From assembly GCA_934153945.1 (NCBI GenBank), contig CAKPFM010000003.1, positions 3,831 to 67,830 of the forward strand: DNA of 64,000 bases, given 5' to 3'. The translations under genes were made by a program, and so were the position numbers. Source of the stretch: an uncultured Bacilli bacterium. Its GTDB lineage: Bacteria > Bacillota_I > Bacilli_A > RF39 > UBA660. Shown here piece after piece: positions 39,235 to 49,708 of the stretch (position 1 is its first letter; each line of letters begins with the position of its first letter). Under the pieces are notes generated by a model that was not told where the DNA came from, did not search any database, and saw only the letters and a program-made list of their open reading frames with translations.

Positions 39235-39945
39235 TTATTTCAAACTATATAATTTTTTTACTTCTTTTATAGATAACTTTCTATATTCACCAGATTTTAA
39301 TCCATCTAATGTTAGAAAAGCATATCTTTCTCTTTTTAATTTTAAAACATCATATCCAATTGCTTCAAACATTTTTTTTACTTGATGATTTCTTCCTTCA
39401 TGAATTATTAATTCAACATAAGAAGAATCTGTTTTTTTATCATATTTTAATATACGTGCTTTAGACTTACTAGTTTTAACTCCATCTATAACAACACCTT
39501 TTTCTAATGATAAAATTTGACTTTTTCCAATTAAACCTCTTACTTTAGCAATATAAACTTTATCAATATTGCTAGATGGATGGGTTAATATGTTAGTTAA
39601 TTCACCATCATTAGTAAGTAATAATATGCCTGTTGTATCATAATCTAATCTACCCACAGGATAAATTCTTTTAGTAGTATCTATCAAATCAACAACCGTT
39701 TTTCTATCTTTTTCATCACTAGTTGTAGTAACTATTCCTCTCGGTTTATATAATAGATAATATTCTTTTAATTCTTTCTTTAAAATATGATTATTTACTT
39801 CAATAATATCACTATCATCAACTTTAACACCTTGTTCTCTTATTACTTTTCCATTTACTTTTACAAGGCCTTTTTCAATTAACTCTTCAGCTTTTCTTCT
39901 TGATGCTATACCAGAAGCAGCTATTACTTTGCTAAGTCTTTCCAC
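39235..39945 (-). CDS. rluB: rRNA pseudouridine synthase (RsuA/RluB family) with S4 domain
   Basis: N-terminal S4 domain (RLSKVIAASGIASRRKAEELI). Catalytic GRLDYDTTGILL motif. Confidence 0.8.
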   Translation of the reverse strand: MERLSKVIAASGIASRRKAEELIEKGLVKVNGKVIREQGVKVDDSDIIEVNNHILKKELKEYYLLYKPRGIVTTTSDEKDRKTVVDLIDTTKRIYPVGRLDYDTTGILLLTNDGELTNILTHPSSNIDKVYIAKVRGLIGKSQILSLEKGVVIDGVKTSKSKARILKYDKKTDSSYVELIIHEGRNHQVKKMFEAIGYDVLKLKRERYAFLTLDGLKSGEYRKLSIKEVKKLYSLK

Positions 39946-40015
39946 GTTATCACCATTTCTAACATTTAATATATAGATAATTATATAATAAAATTAGTAT
40001 TTTAACAAGATAATC

Positions 40016-40534
40016 TTAAAAAATTAAATTGACTAAAAATATAGAAACAGCTATAGCACATATATCAGCAAGTAGTCCAGCTATTAGAGAATATCTTATT
40101 TTTTTTATTCCTACACTACCAAAATATAAAGTTAAAATATAAAAAGTTGTATCGGTTGATCCTTGTAATACAGAAGCCAGTGTTCCAATAAAACTATCAG
40201 GCCCATAATTAGCTAAAATATTGCTTAAAATTATTAAAGAAGAACTGCCAGATATAGGTCGCATTATAATCATTGGAAAAATTGGTAGTGGAACTTTCAA
40301 AAAATTTAAAACTGGACTTATAAACTGATTTAAATAATCTAAAAAACCACTTTTCAAAAATATATTTATTCCAAATATCATAGCTAAAAAACATGGAAAC
40401 ATTGTATATACTAGTTCAAAACTTTCCTTAGATCCTTCAACAAATACATTATAAATATCTACTTTTTTATAAAGACCATAAACAACAATAATTAATACTA
40501 TAAATGGTATTACATAATTAGAAATATTAGGCAT
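40016..40534 (-). CDS. spmB: spore maturation protein B
   Basis: Nucleoside-recognition-domain membrane protein. Third gene of the conserved dacB-spmA-spmB operon. Overlaps spmA by 8 nt. Confidence 0.75.
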   Translation of the reverse strand: MPNISNYVIPFIVLIIVVYGLYKKVDIYNVFVEGSKESFELVYTMFPCFLAMIFGINIFLKSGFLDYLNQFISPVLNFLKVPLPIFPMIIMRPISGSSSLIILSNILANYGPDSFIGTLASVLQGSTDTTFYILTLYFGSVGIKKIRYSLIAGLLADICAIAVSIFLVNLIF

Positions 40535-41117
40535 TTTTAGCTAATATCCTATCTATAATTAAACCTAAAAAAGTAGAAATAAAAGTTGACAATATACAGA
40601 TAAAAACTATTGAAGTAGGATCACTACTACCATACATCATTCTAAGTGAAATAATAGTAGTAGGTATTATTGTAATACCACTAGTATTTAAAACTAAAAA
40701 AGTTATCATACTACGTGTAGCTGTATCTTTTTTAGGATTTAATTCTTGTAAAGATTTCATAGCTTTAAGACCAAATGGGGTTGCCGCATTACCTAACCCA
40801 AACATATTAGCAACTATATTTGAAGATATGTATTCGTATGATTCATGATTTTCTGGTATTTCTGGAAATAATAACTTCAATAATGGTTTTAACATCCTTG
40901 AAAATTTATCTAATAAACCTGATGCACTAGCAATCTTCATAATACCTAACCATAAAGCCATAACAGGGAAAATTTTTAATATCATATCTAAACTAGTTTT
41001 AGTACATTCTAATATTTCAGTATTCAAAATATCTATTTTGGAAGTTAATAAACATGTAATTACACCTATAACAATAAAACATCCCCATATTTTATTTACC
41101 ATAGATTTAAAAACCAC
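40527..41117 (-). CDS. spmA: spore maturation protein A
   Basis: Membrane protein paralogous to spmB, directly downstream of dacB. Confidence 0.75.
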   Translation of the reverse strand: MVFKSMVNKIWGCFIVIGVITCLLTSKIDILNTEILECTKTSLDMILKIFPVMALWLGIMKIASASGLLDKFSRMLKPLLKLLFPEIPENHESYEYISSNIVANMFGLGNAATPFGLKAMKSLQELNPKKDTATRSMITFLVLNTSGITIIPTTIISLRMMYGSSDPTSIVFICILSTFISTFLGLIIDRILAKNA

Positions 41118-42181
41118 TCCTTGATTTTTGTAAATATTGACACATTCTCTTGTTTTTGTTCATTAACTTTTAAATAAATGTCGGTACTATATATTTTTTT
41201 ATCATATAAATAAACATTAGTTTTACCAACAATCATATCATTTTTAAATTCTCTTTCTTTTTTTAATTCATATTCAACTTTTATTCCATCTTCTTCATCT
41301 TTAGCAAGTGGATACCAAAAATCACCATTTATATACAGTTCATAACCTCTATAATAATCATCATCTATAGTCAATGTACCACTTTTTAATATTTGATGTT
41401 TTTTATAGTTATTAAATCCATATTCAAATAAATTTTTATGATCATTAAAATCATTTCCATCATTTAGAGTTACTGCTACTAAATTTAAATTATTTTTACT
41501 AGCAGTTGTTACTAAAGTTCTTCTTGCATTGACTGTAAAACCTGTTTTTCCTCCTGTAGTATATTCATATGAAGATAACAATTTATTTTTATTATGCCAA
41601 ATGTATGTATTCATATTTGTTTTTAAAGTATATTTTTTTGTACTAACTATTTTTCTATATATTTCATTTTTATTAGCATAAGAAGTAAGTAATGCCATAT
41701 CGTAAGCGGTTGAAAAATTACCTTCTTCTTCATCTAAACCATTAGGATTATTAAATTCAGTATTTTTCATACCTATATTTGCCGCTAATTCATTCATTTT
41801 TACAACAAAAGAGTCAATACTACCAAAAGTATTTTTAGCAATAGCGTAACTAGCATCATTGCCACTTCTTAACATTAGTCCATATAGTAAATCTTCAATG
41901 GTAAGTTCTTCACCTTTTTTTATATAAATACCAGAGCCATAAGAATGGTCTATTTCATCACCAATAACGACCTTTTTTTTAATATCAGTGTTTTCTATTG
42001 CTAGTATAGCTGTCATTATTTTAGAAATTGATGCTACACTTCTAACATTATGGATATTTTCAGCATATAATATTCTATTACTATCCATATCCATTAATAT
42101 AGCTGAAGTAGCACTTGTATCTATAGCCTTTACATTTCCTATAAATAAAAATATAACAATTATAAGAAAAAACTTTTTCAC
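41096..42181 (-). CDS. dacB: D-alanyl-D-alanine carboxypeptidase (sporulation-type PBP5*)
   Basis: Signal peptide, SxxK (ASISKIMT), SxN (LRSGND), and KTG (GKTGFT) motifs. Confidence 0.85.
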   Translation of the reverse strand: MKKFFLIIVIFLFIGNVKAIDTSATSAILMDMDSNRILYAENIHNVRSVASISKIMTAILAIENTDIKKKVVIGDEIDHSYGSGIYIKKGEELTIEDLLYGLMLRSGNDASYAIAKNTFGSIDSFVVKMNELAANIGMKNTEFNNPNGLDEEEGNFSTAYDMALLTSYANKNEIYRKIVSTKKYTLKTNMNTYIWHNKNKLLSSYEYTTGGKTGFTVNARRTLVTTASKNNLNLVAVTLNDGNDFNDHKNLFEYGFNNYKKHQILKSGTLTIDDDYYRGYELYINGDFWYPLAKDEEDGIKVEYELKKEREFKNDMIVGKTNVYLYDKKIYSTDIYLKVNEQKQENVSIFTKIKEWFLNLW

Positions 42182-42270
42182 AATATCACCTATAAAAATA
42201 TATGATTAATTAAATTATATATTCATTTGTAGTAAATATTTATTAAATACTATTTAAATAAAAAAAACTA

Positions 42271-43173
42271 CTATTTCGTAGTTGAATCAATTTTTATTTT
42301 TAATATTTTTTCTATTGATAAATCTGTCAATTTAGATATTTGGTCTACAGACGCCCCATTTTTTAACATTGTATTTATTAACTTTTTCATTCCAGCATCC
42401 ATTCCTTGTGATATTCCTTGTGATATTCCTTCTTCTGTTGCTCTTCTTATTTGGGTGTTTTTTATCATTTCTTCATCTTTTTCTTTTGTTATCCAATTTA
42501 TAAACATTGGATTTTGATTTAGTCTTTCTATTTTTTCCATATATTCTTCTACCACCTTATCTTTTTTTAGTTTCTTTAGTTCTTCTTTATCCATATCTAA
42601 CATTATTAGATATTTATTTTCTTCTAGTTGTTCTTCATCTCCATTATATAATATTTCTTTATATTTATCCATATTTATTTCATAGATTGTCAAATTTTTT
42701 ATATATTCTATTCCACTCTCATCTCTTACTTTATATATTCTTTTATATTCATTATCTTTTACTCCATAGTTTAAATTTATTTGTATTATATTTTTATCTT
42801 CATTATAATCTTCACCAACTACTGTTTCATTTTGATATATATTTGTTATTAAACAAAAGTTTCTTACTTTTACATAGTCTTGATAATAAGTATTTACTTC
42901 TACTTCTATTTTTCCTTGTTTCGTTGTTACTAGCAAATCTGCTTCTTTTCCTCTTACATATATATTATTTGTATTTAAGTTTAATGGTTGTATTTCTATA
43001 TTTGTTATTTCTATATTTAGTATTGTTTCTAATACTTTTTTTAATATATTAAAGTTTTCTTTTTTCATCATTATTTCTTTAAATGCTTTATCATATTTAC
43101 AAGTATAGAATTTCTTTTTCATGATGTTCACCTCTTGGTGATTTAATTTATCAAATTTATTTTTGTATTTCAA
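42271..43173 (-). CDS. Rpn-family recombination-promoting nuclease/putative transposase (PD-(D/E)XK, YhgA-like), second copy
   Basis: YDKAFKEIMMKKENFNILKKVLETIL...EADLLVTTKQGKIEVEVN nuclease core. C-terminal GISQGISQGMDAGM...ISKLTDLSIEKILKIK tail. The real start is probably the internal ATG at about 43122. Confidence 0.65.
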   Translation of the reverse strand: MKYKNKFDKLNHQEVNIMKKKFYTCKYDKAFKEIMMKKENFNILKKVLETILNIEITNIEIQPLNLNTNNIYVRGKEADLLVTTKQGKIEVEVNTYYQDYVKVRNFCLITNIYQNETVVGEDYNEDKNIIQINLNYGVKDNEYKRIYKVRDESGIEYIKNLTIYEINMDKYKEILYNGDEEQLEENKYLIMLDMDKEELKKLKKDKVVEEYMEKIERLNQNPMFINWITKEKDEEMIKNTQIRRATEEGISQGISQGMDAGMKKLINTMLKNGASVDQISKLTDLSIEKILKIKIDSTTK

Positions 43174-43319
43174 ATGAGGATTTTCATATTTTAGATTTAT
43201 TTTCTTTACTATTTTTTTATTTTAGTTATAGCTATTTTACTATATTAGATATATTTAATATAACTAAAATATTAAATTAGTATATTTTTAAATTTTTTTA
43301 CTTTTTGTGTTCTAAAAAT

Positions 43320-43347
43320 TAAAAAGGGCTTTATTTTCTAAGCCCTA
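43320..43347 (-). terminator. rho-independent terminator after the lipoprotein gene
   Basis: agggct/agccct hairpin followed by a U-run on the minus strand. Confidence 0.5.
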
Positions 43348-43887
43348 ATAATAATAAACACCATTAATTTTTTGTTCATCAGTATCACTAATTTTATCTA
43401 ATTGCCATTCATCATCTATTTTAGATAAATTCATATTTAAAGTAAATTTAACTTTATCTTTAACTTTCTTTAATTCTTCTATCCTATATGTCGTAAATAA
43501 GAATGCATCATATACTCCCTTATCATCATAAAATTCACTTCTATTGTTTTCTAAATATTTGTCAGCTTCTTTTAAAGCTTTACTATAATCAGTTACTTCT
43601 ATTTCAACAGTAACAGTTGCTTTATCACCATCTACTTTTTCATCCTTTATTTCGTATTTTAATTCTTGATAGTGTTTTTTCATCAATTCTTTATATGCAA
43701 GTCTTTGATCTGCATTAAAATTTTCTTCTTCATTTACTACTTTATTTAATTGTTCTATTACATCTTTATCTAAAGTTTGATAATTTTGAAAAAACATTTC
43801 TACTTTTTTAGTTGGTGTATTAAACATTTTCTCTCCACATCCAGATAAAAGCATAATTGATAAAATTCCTAATAATATTTTTTTCAT
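43345..43887 (-). CDS. lipoprotein (180 aa, unknown)
   Basis: MKKILLGILSIMLLSGCGEK lipobox. Confidence 0.5.
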   Translation of the reverse strand: MKKILLGILSIMLLSGCGEKMFNTPTKKVEMFFQNYQTLDKDVIEQLNKVVNEEENFNADQRLAYKELMKKHYQELKYEIKDEKVDGDKATVTVEIEVTDYSKALKEADKYLENNRSEFYDDKGVYDAFLFTTYRIEELKKVKDKVKFTLNMNLSKIDDEWQLDKISDTDEQKINGVYYY

Positions 43888-43926
43888 ATTGCCTCCTAAA
43901 TATAATATTGCTTACATTGTTATAAT

Positions 43927-44526
43927 TTATACATTATTTATTTGAATTAATTTTAAAATTTCATAAATCTTATTTGATTCCTTATATAATTTTTTTATAT
44001 CATAATCTTTTTTACCAAAACACTCAAAAAATAAATATTTTAATTTTTCTTCTTCATTATTTTTTTCTAATTTATTCAATTCCCTTTTTACATAATCTTC
44101 TATTTCTAACTCTTTTCTAGTTTTTAAATCATTAAATCTTTTCTTTATAATTTCATACTCAATATTCATTTCCTTCATACGTGTAGCAACTTCTATTACT
44201 TCCATTTCTTCTTCTATTATTAATTTTGAAAAATAATATTTATTATTTTTAACTTTAACAGCTATAACACTAGTTCCATCACTAAATATACAAGCATCAA
44301 TAGTTTTAACAGTTCTTCCAGCAAATACCTCTGTTCTTGATTTTATTTTATTAAATAAATCTTCATTAAATTTAATATAATTATTTTCTATATTATATAA
44401 ATCTTTACTATTAACTCTAATTAATGGTATTTTTCTTATATGAGTTAAATTATCACTTTTATTCCACTCATAAAAATCATAAATCTGTTCATTAAAATTT
44501 AAAATAATATCATATATATAGTTCAT
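43927..44526 (-). CDS. hypothetical protein (199 aa)
   Basis: ORF with an RBS. Charged, coiled-coil-like C-terminal half. No recognisable motif. Confidence 0.4.
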   Translation of the reverse strand: MNYIYDIILNFNEQIYDFYEWNKSDNLTHIRKIPLIRVNSKDLYNIENNYIKFNEDLFNKIKSRTEVFAGRTVKTIDACIFSDGTSVIAVKVKNNKYYFSKLIIEEEMEVIEVATRMKEMNIEYEIIKKRFNDLKTRKELEIEDYVKRELNKLEKNNEEEKLKYLFFECFGKKDYDIKKLYKESNKIYEILKLIQINNV

Positions 44527-44731
44527 TTTTTCCTCCTGGTAAATAAATATCTAATATCATAATTAGAATGCCAATAAAAGCATATAAACATTCTAATCTC
44601 TTCATTATAAATTGGACGTAATCTAAAAAATTATACCCTATTGATAATAAATTTAAATAACTTATCATATATACGAAACCTATTACAGTAAAACCAAATC
44701 CGATTAAAAAAACAAATAACCTAATAAACAT
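44510..44731 (-). CDS. small membrane protein (73 aa)
   Basis: Two hydrophobic helices. Overlaps the downstream ORF start. Confidence 0.3.
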   Translation of the reverse strand: MFIRLFVFLIGFGFTVIGFVYMISYLNLLSIGYNFLDYVQFIMKRLECLYAFIGILIMILDIYLPGGKNELYI

Positions 44732-44816
44732 ATTACCACCTAATTAATTTTACTTAATTTAAATAAATTTATTTATTATTTTTTTTAAATAGTATATAAT
44801 GGACTAAGGTGATAAT

Positions 44817-45623
44817 ATGATGACATTAATAAAATATTTGTTTTTAGCAATAATACAAGGGTTAACAGAACCAATACCAGTATCCTCTAGTGGACACTTA
44901 ATAATATTCAGAAATTTAATAAAAATAAATGAATTAAATGATTTAAATTTTGAAATATTACTTAACTTTGGTAGTTTAATAGCAATAGTTATCTTCTTTT
45001 GGGATGATATTGTATCAATTATAAAAGATTTCTTCTTATATATTAAAACTAAAGAAAAAAAATATGAAGGAAATTTTAAATATGCGTGGCTTATTGTAAT
45101 AGGTACTATTCCTGCCGGACTACTTGGTTTATTACTTAAAGATACTATTGAAGAATGGCTAAATAGTGTTAAAATAGTAGGATTTGCTTTATTAGTAACA
45201 GCTTTATGTTTATTTTTAATAAGAAATATTAAGGGTAAAAAAGATGATAAAGATATTACATGGTGGGACGCAATTGTAATAGGATTATTCCAAGCAGTAG
45301 CACTTCTTCCTGGTATCAGTAGAAGTGGCGCTACTTTAGTTGGTGGTATGTCTAGAGATTTAAAAAGAGATACAGCATTTAAATTTTCATTTATGTTATA
45401 TATTCCTATTTCTTTAGCAACTATGGTACTTGGAGTTAAAGATTTACTAGTAGCTAATATCAGTTTAAATTTATGGATGTGTTATATAGCATGTATGATT
45501 GTAACTGGTATAATTACTTACTTTGCTACTAAGTGGTTTAATGGAATTATCAAAAATGGAAAATTAATTTACTTTGTATTATATTGTTTAATAGTTGGAA
45601 CATTAGTAATATTATTTTTATAA
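44817..45623 (+). CDS. uppP: undecaprenyl-diphosphatase
   Basis: BacA/UppP motifs (GLTEPIPVSSSGHLII; SRSGATLVGG). Confidence 0.9.
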   Translation: MMTLIKYLFLAIIQGLTEPIPVSSSGHLIIFRNLIKINELNDLNFEILLNFGSLIAIVIFFWDDIVSIIKDFFLYIKTKEKKYEGNFKYAWLIVIGTIPAGLLGLLLKDTIEEWLNSVKIVGFALLVTALCLFLIRNIKGKKDDKDITWWDAIVIGLFQAVALLPGISRSGATLVGGMSRDLKRDTAFKFSFMLYIPISLATMVLGVKDLLVANISLNLWMCYIACMIVTGIITYFATKWFNGIIKNGKLIYFVLYCLIVGTLVILFL

Positions 45624-45640
45624 GCGAGAAATCGCTTTTT

Positions 45641-46678
45641 TTATATACCTTTATCTAGCAATATACTTATACTACTTGTTTTTCCATCTCTTATGTATGT
45701 AAGCTTTATAGTATCACCAACTTTATGTTTATATAAAATATATCTAAAATGACTAGTATTTTCTACTTCTTTATCATCAATTAAAGTTATTATATCTCCA
45801 ACACGTAAATATTTAGCAGGATAATCACTTTCTACTTTATTAACATATATTCCACTATTTACTTTATATCTCGTTAATAATTCATTATTTAAATCACTTA
45901 TTTCTAGTCCTATTATTGGTCTAGTAATTACTTCTCCTTTTTCAAGTCTATCCAATATAGTATTAACTAAACTAATAGGTATAGCAAAACCCATTCCTTC
46001 TATCTCATCTTGAACTAATTTTAGAGAATTTACACCAATTACTTCTCCACTTAAATTAACTAATGGTCCTCCACTATTACCAGGATTTATAGCAGCATCA
46101 GTTTGTAAGACTTCCATCATATAGTCTCCTCTACTAGTACTAACACTTACAATTCTATCTTTACCTGATAATATTCCTTTTGTTACTGTTCCCATATATT
46201 TAGAACCTAATGGGGAACCTACTGTAAATACTGTATCTCCTACATTTAATTCACTATTTGTTCCAAGTGTCGCTACTTGTAATACTGCTTCTTTATCTAC
46301 TGATAAAATTGCCAAATCAAAATATTCATCAGTTCCAATTATTTTAGCGCTAAAGGATTCTTTATTCATATTAATAATTTTCACTGTTTCACTTTTTTCT
46401 ATAACATGATTATTGGTAATAATATATCCTAGGTCATTTTTTTTATAGAAAAATCCTGATCCAGTTCCTATTATATTTCCATTTTTATCATAAGTTTCAA
46501 TAACTACAACAGCATTATATATTTTATCAATAGAATCTTTTAAACTATTACTTTCAGTTACTTGTATTTCATTAAATGTCGGTATTAGGTTATTATCCTC
46601 TTTAGTATTTTCATTATAAAAAAATCCAATAAAAAAAGAGGCTATAATACAAACTGCAAAATTAAATGCTTTTTTCAT
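45641..46678 (-). CDS. htrA: HtrA/DegP-family trypsin-like serine protease with PDZ domain
   Basis: N-terminal TM. Catalytic triad context (TNNHVI, DLAIL, GNSGGPLVN). C-terminal PDZ. Confidence 0.85.
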   Translation of the reverse strand: MKKAFNFAVCIIASFFIGFFYNENTKEDNNLIPTFNEIQVTESNSLKDSIDKIYNAVVVIETYDKNGNIIGTGSGFFYKKNDLGYIITNNHVIEKSETVKIINMNKESFSAKIIGTDEYFDLAILSVDKEAVLQVATLGTNSELNVGDTVFTVGSPLGSKYMGTVTKGILSGKDRIVSVSTSRGDYMMEVLQTDAAINPGNSGGPLVNLSGEVIGVNSLKLVQDEIEGMGFAIPISLVNTILDRLEKGEVITRPIIGLEISDLNNELLTRYKVNSGIYVNKVESDYPAKYLRVGDIITLIDDKEVENTSHFRYILYKHKVGDTIKLTYIRDGKTSSISILLDKGI

Positions 46679-46686
46679 ATTTCACC

Positions 46687-47622
46687 TTACTTTATATTTT
46701 CAATTTCCCTCCAATTACTTGGAAAACCTATTTTATTTAAGATTAATTCTAATGGTACAGTATCTACTTTGCCATCTAAAATATCTATTTCATAACCTAT
46801 TTCAAATATTAATTCATTAAATTCTTCTATTCTTAGCATTTGTTTCATAATAATTATAACTGCGAATAAATCATTCTTACCATAATCATATTCATCATCA
46901 GTCATTTCAATTCCTAATTCAAAGTGATATCTTGTATCTGGAATTACTCTTTGAGTTCTATGATCATATAATATATCTTCATGAGCACACAAATTTCTAA
47001 AATTAGCTAATAAAGATAAATAAATTGATAAAGTATCTGGATCTAAATTGTATATTTCTGCTATGGCAATTTGATCTTCTATTTTTAATATGTTATATAA
47101 TTCAGATATTATACCAAAAGATAAAACTTTTACTAAAATCCACATAGGTATATATCCATAGTTACTTAAGTAGTGCATTGTGGCAGCATGTTGTTTACCA
47201 TTAACTCTAATTTGTCTTTTCATTTTATTTATTACATCATATACTTGTCTATTTTTTAATTTATCTTGTGTAAAATTTTTAGGATTTAAATAATCTTTTT
47301 CTTTAAAACCATATTTCTTAGATAAAGTATAACTAAATATTGATTTAACATTGTTTTCAATTATTAATAAATGTTTAAACATTATATTTCTTAGATTTCT
47401 ATCAAATTGAAAGGTTGAGTATAATTCATCAAAAGTAGTACCTTTTATAAAAGTACTATCTTTAAAACTTTTCATAAATAAATGTCTATATCCACTTATA
47501 AAAAAGTAATTTTCTCTAAATAATATTTCCTTTGCTTTTTCTTCATCTTCTATTATTAAACCTTTATTTTTTAATATTTCTACTTGTTCATCTAATGTTT
47601 TAAATGTTTTTGTTTTTTTCAT
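46687..47622 (-). CDS. Abi_2-family abortive-infection protein (AbiD/AbiF-like)
   Basis: N-terminus LDEQVEILKNKGLIIEDEEKAKEILFRENYFFISGY is the hallmark of the Abi_2 (pfam07751-type) family. Confidence 0.75.
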   Translation of the reverse strand: MKKTKTFKTLDEQVEILKNKGLIIEDEEKAKEILFRENYFFISGYRHLFMKSFKDSTFIKGTTFDELYSTFQFDRNLRNIMFKHLLIIENNVKSIFSYTLSKKYGFKEKDYLNPKNFTQDKLKNRQVYDVINKMKRQIRVNGKQHAATMHYLSNYGYIPMWILVKVLSFGIISELYNILKIEDQIAIAEIYNLDPDTLSIYLSLLANFRNLCAHEDILYDHRTQRVIPDTRYHFELGIEMTDDEYDYGKNDLFAVIIIMKQMLRIEEFNELIFEIGYEIDILDGKVDTVPLELILNKIGFPSNWREIENIK

Positions 47623-47673
47623 GCTATCACCTATTATAGTAATTATATCATTAAATATTCAAGTTGTGAATTA

Positions 47674-48333
47674 TTAATCATTAAAATATGAAATAATAGC
47701 ATTAGTAATAGTATCAGATATTTTATTTTGATAACTTTCTTGTTTTAGTAAATACCTATCATTTGAATTACTTAAAAAACCTAATTCTAATAATACGCCA
47801 GGTCTATCAATCCTCTTAAGCAAATATAAACTATTATCTACTTTTGCTTTTCTCGTACTATTTAAATTTTTCTTAAAATATTTTTGAATTGTTTCAGCTA
47901 TTTTTTTATTTTTTTCTAATTTATCATTATAGAATACTTGAGCACCTCTCCATACACCTGTTTCTTCAGCATTTAAATGAATTGATATAAATAAATCACA
48001 GCCACTTTTATTTATTAAATTACCTCTTCTTGATAAATCACTTCTTTTATTATTAATTGTATTTGTTACTGATAAATCATAATCATCATATCTTGTTAAG
48101 TATACAATAGCACCTTTTTTTAATAAATTTTGTTCTATTTTTTTACTTATTTCTAAGTTAATATCTTTTTCTAATATATCTTTATACATAGCACCGGGAT
48201 CATTACCACCATGACCACTATCTATGTAAATAACTTTTCCCATTAGAGGAAACTCATTATTTGAAGCATATACATATTGTGTAGCAAATAAACATATTAA
48301 GAATAACAAAAAAACACATATTTTATAGCGCAT
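47674..48333 (-). CDS. cwlD: germination-specific N-acetylmuramoyl-L-alanine amidase
   Basis: Signal peptide plus an Amidase_3 domain (IYIDSGHGGNDPGA ... SIHLNA). Conserved position downstream of rplM-rpsI, as in Bacillus. Confidence 0.75.
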   Translation of the reverse strand: MRYKICVFLLFLICLFATQYVYASNNEFPLMGKVIYIDSGHGGNDPGAMYKDILEKDINLEISKKIEQNLLKKGAIVYLTRYDDYDLSVTNTINNKRSDLSRRGNLINKSGCDLFISIHLNAEETGVWRGAQVFYNDKLEKNKKIAETIQKYFKKNLNSTRKAKVDNSLYLLKRIDRPGVLLELGFLSNSNDRYLLKQESYQNKISDTITNAIISYFND

Positions 48334-48423
48334 ATTTTTTCACCTATTAAAATATATGTTTTTTTATTTTATTCATTACTTTCCCATCTAGCATATATAT
48401 ACTATTTATACTTGTTACAAAAT

Positions 48424-49611
48424 TTATTTATTCATTAGCCAGTCTAGAACATTTATTTTTCTTATTCCATTATAATCTACTTCTGGATCTATATCCATTG
48501 TTAGTATAAATTTTGGATAATGATCATTTATGCTTTCTAGTGCTGATAACTCTCTTTCTAAAGTACTCTTATCTCTTACTGTATAAGCAACTTGATAATA
48601 AATTATACCATTACTATTTTCAGCAATAAAATCAATTTCTTTATCTCCTGATTTTCCAATATAAACCTTATATCCTCTTCTTATTAATTCAATATAAACT
48701 ATATTTTCTAATATATGACCTAAATCAATATATTTTCTTCCTATTAAAGCATATCTCATTGTAACATCAGTAGCATAATATTTTTCACCAGTTTGTAAAT
48801 ATTGTTTCCCTTTTATATCATATCTAGATACCTTATTAAAAATATAACTTTCGACTAATGCATCTAAATAACTTTCGACGGTATGAACAGATATGTTCCT
48901 ACCATTTGATGTTAATGTATCTGCTATTTTTTTTATAGATAAAATATTACCTACGCTAGAAAACATAAATTCAGATATACTTTTCAAAATACCAGTATCA
49001 GATATTTTTTTTCTAGTAGCAATATCTTTTACTATTATAGTGTTATAAATACCATCTAAATATTTATCTATTTCATTTTGATCATCAAGTTTTAATGCAT
49101 ATGGCATAGAACTATTATTTATATATTTTAAATATAATTTTTCATCACCATCTTGTTTATAATAATTAGCATATTCTTTAAAAGATAATGGAAACATTTT
49201 TAATTCTACATACCTGCCAGACAATAAAGTAGCTAATTCACCAGACAATAAATATGCATTCGACCCAGTTATATATTCATCAACATTCTTTTTTATATAT
49301 AAACCATCTACTGCTTTTTCAAATTTATCTACAACCTGTACCTCATCTAAAAAAACATAATACATACCAGTATCAATTATTTTATTATTAACATAATTAT
49401 AAAGTTCCATGTAATTTTCAAAATTATATTCTGGAGATTCAAGATTTAATGATATTATATGGTCTTCATTAACACCTATTTCTTTTAAATATTCTATATA
49501 TAATTCAAATAAAGTTGATTTTCCACATCTTCGTATTCCTGTTATTACTTTTATTAAATCCTTATCTTTCCATTTTTTTAATTCATTCAAATAGTCATTT
49601 CTTTCTATCAT
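48424..49611 (-). CDS. AAA-family ATPase (AAA_14 + DUF4143 type)
   Basis: Walker A GIRRCGKST and Walker B VFLDEVQ. Architecture of the widespread DUF4143 ATPase family. Confidence 0.65.
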   Translation of the reverse strand: MIERNDYLNELKKWKDKDLIKVITGIRRCGKSTLFELYIEYLKEIGVNEDHIISLNLESPEYNFENYMELYNYVNNKIIDTGMYYVFLDEVQVVDKFEKAVDGLYIKKNVDEYITGSNAYLLSGELATLLSGRYVELKMFPLSFKEYANYYKQDGDEKLYLKYINNSSMPYALKLDDQNEIDKYLDGIYNTIIVKDIATRKKISDTGILKSISEFMFSSVGNILSIKKIADTLTSNGRNISVHTVESYLDALVESYIFNKVSRYDIKGKQYLQTGEKYYATDVTMRYALIGRKYIDLGHILENIVYIELIRRGYKVYIGKSGDKEIDFIAENSNGIIYYQVAYTVRDKSTLERELSALESINDHYPKFILTMDIDPEVDYNGIRKINVLDWLMNK

Positions 49612-49708
49612 AATAGATCACCAATTACAGTATAGCACATAAACAAAAAGTTTGCAATAGAATGCAAACTTTTATCATTTTTAGACATTTTTTGCAATAA
49701 TAAAATTT

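Noticed and set aside
42507-43052. 181-aa plus-strand ORF (MDFDLVFLFF..., all L/F/Y/I)
   Set aside because: Antisense to the Rpn-like gene. Extreme low-complexity hydrophobic composition is typical of the reverse frame of AT-rich, Lys/Glu-rich genes.
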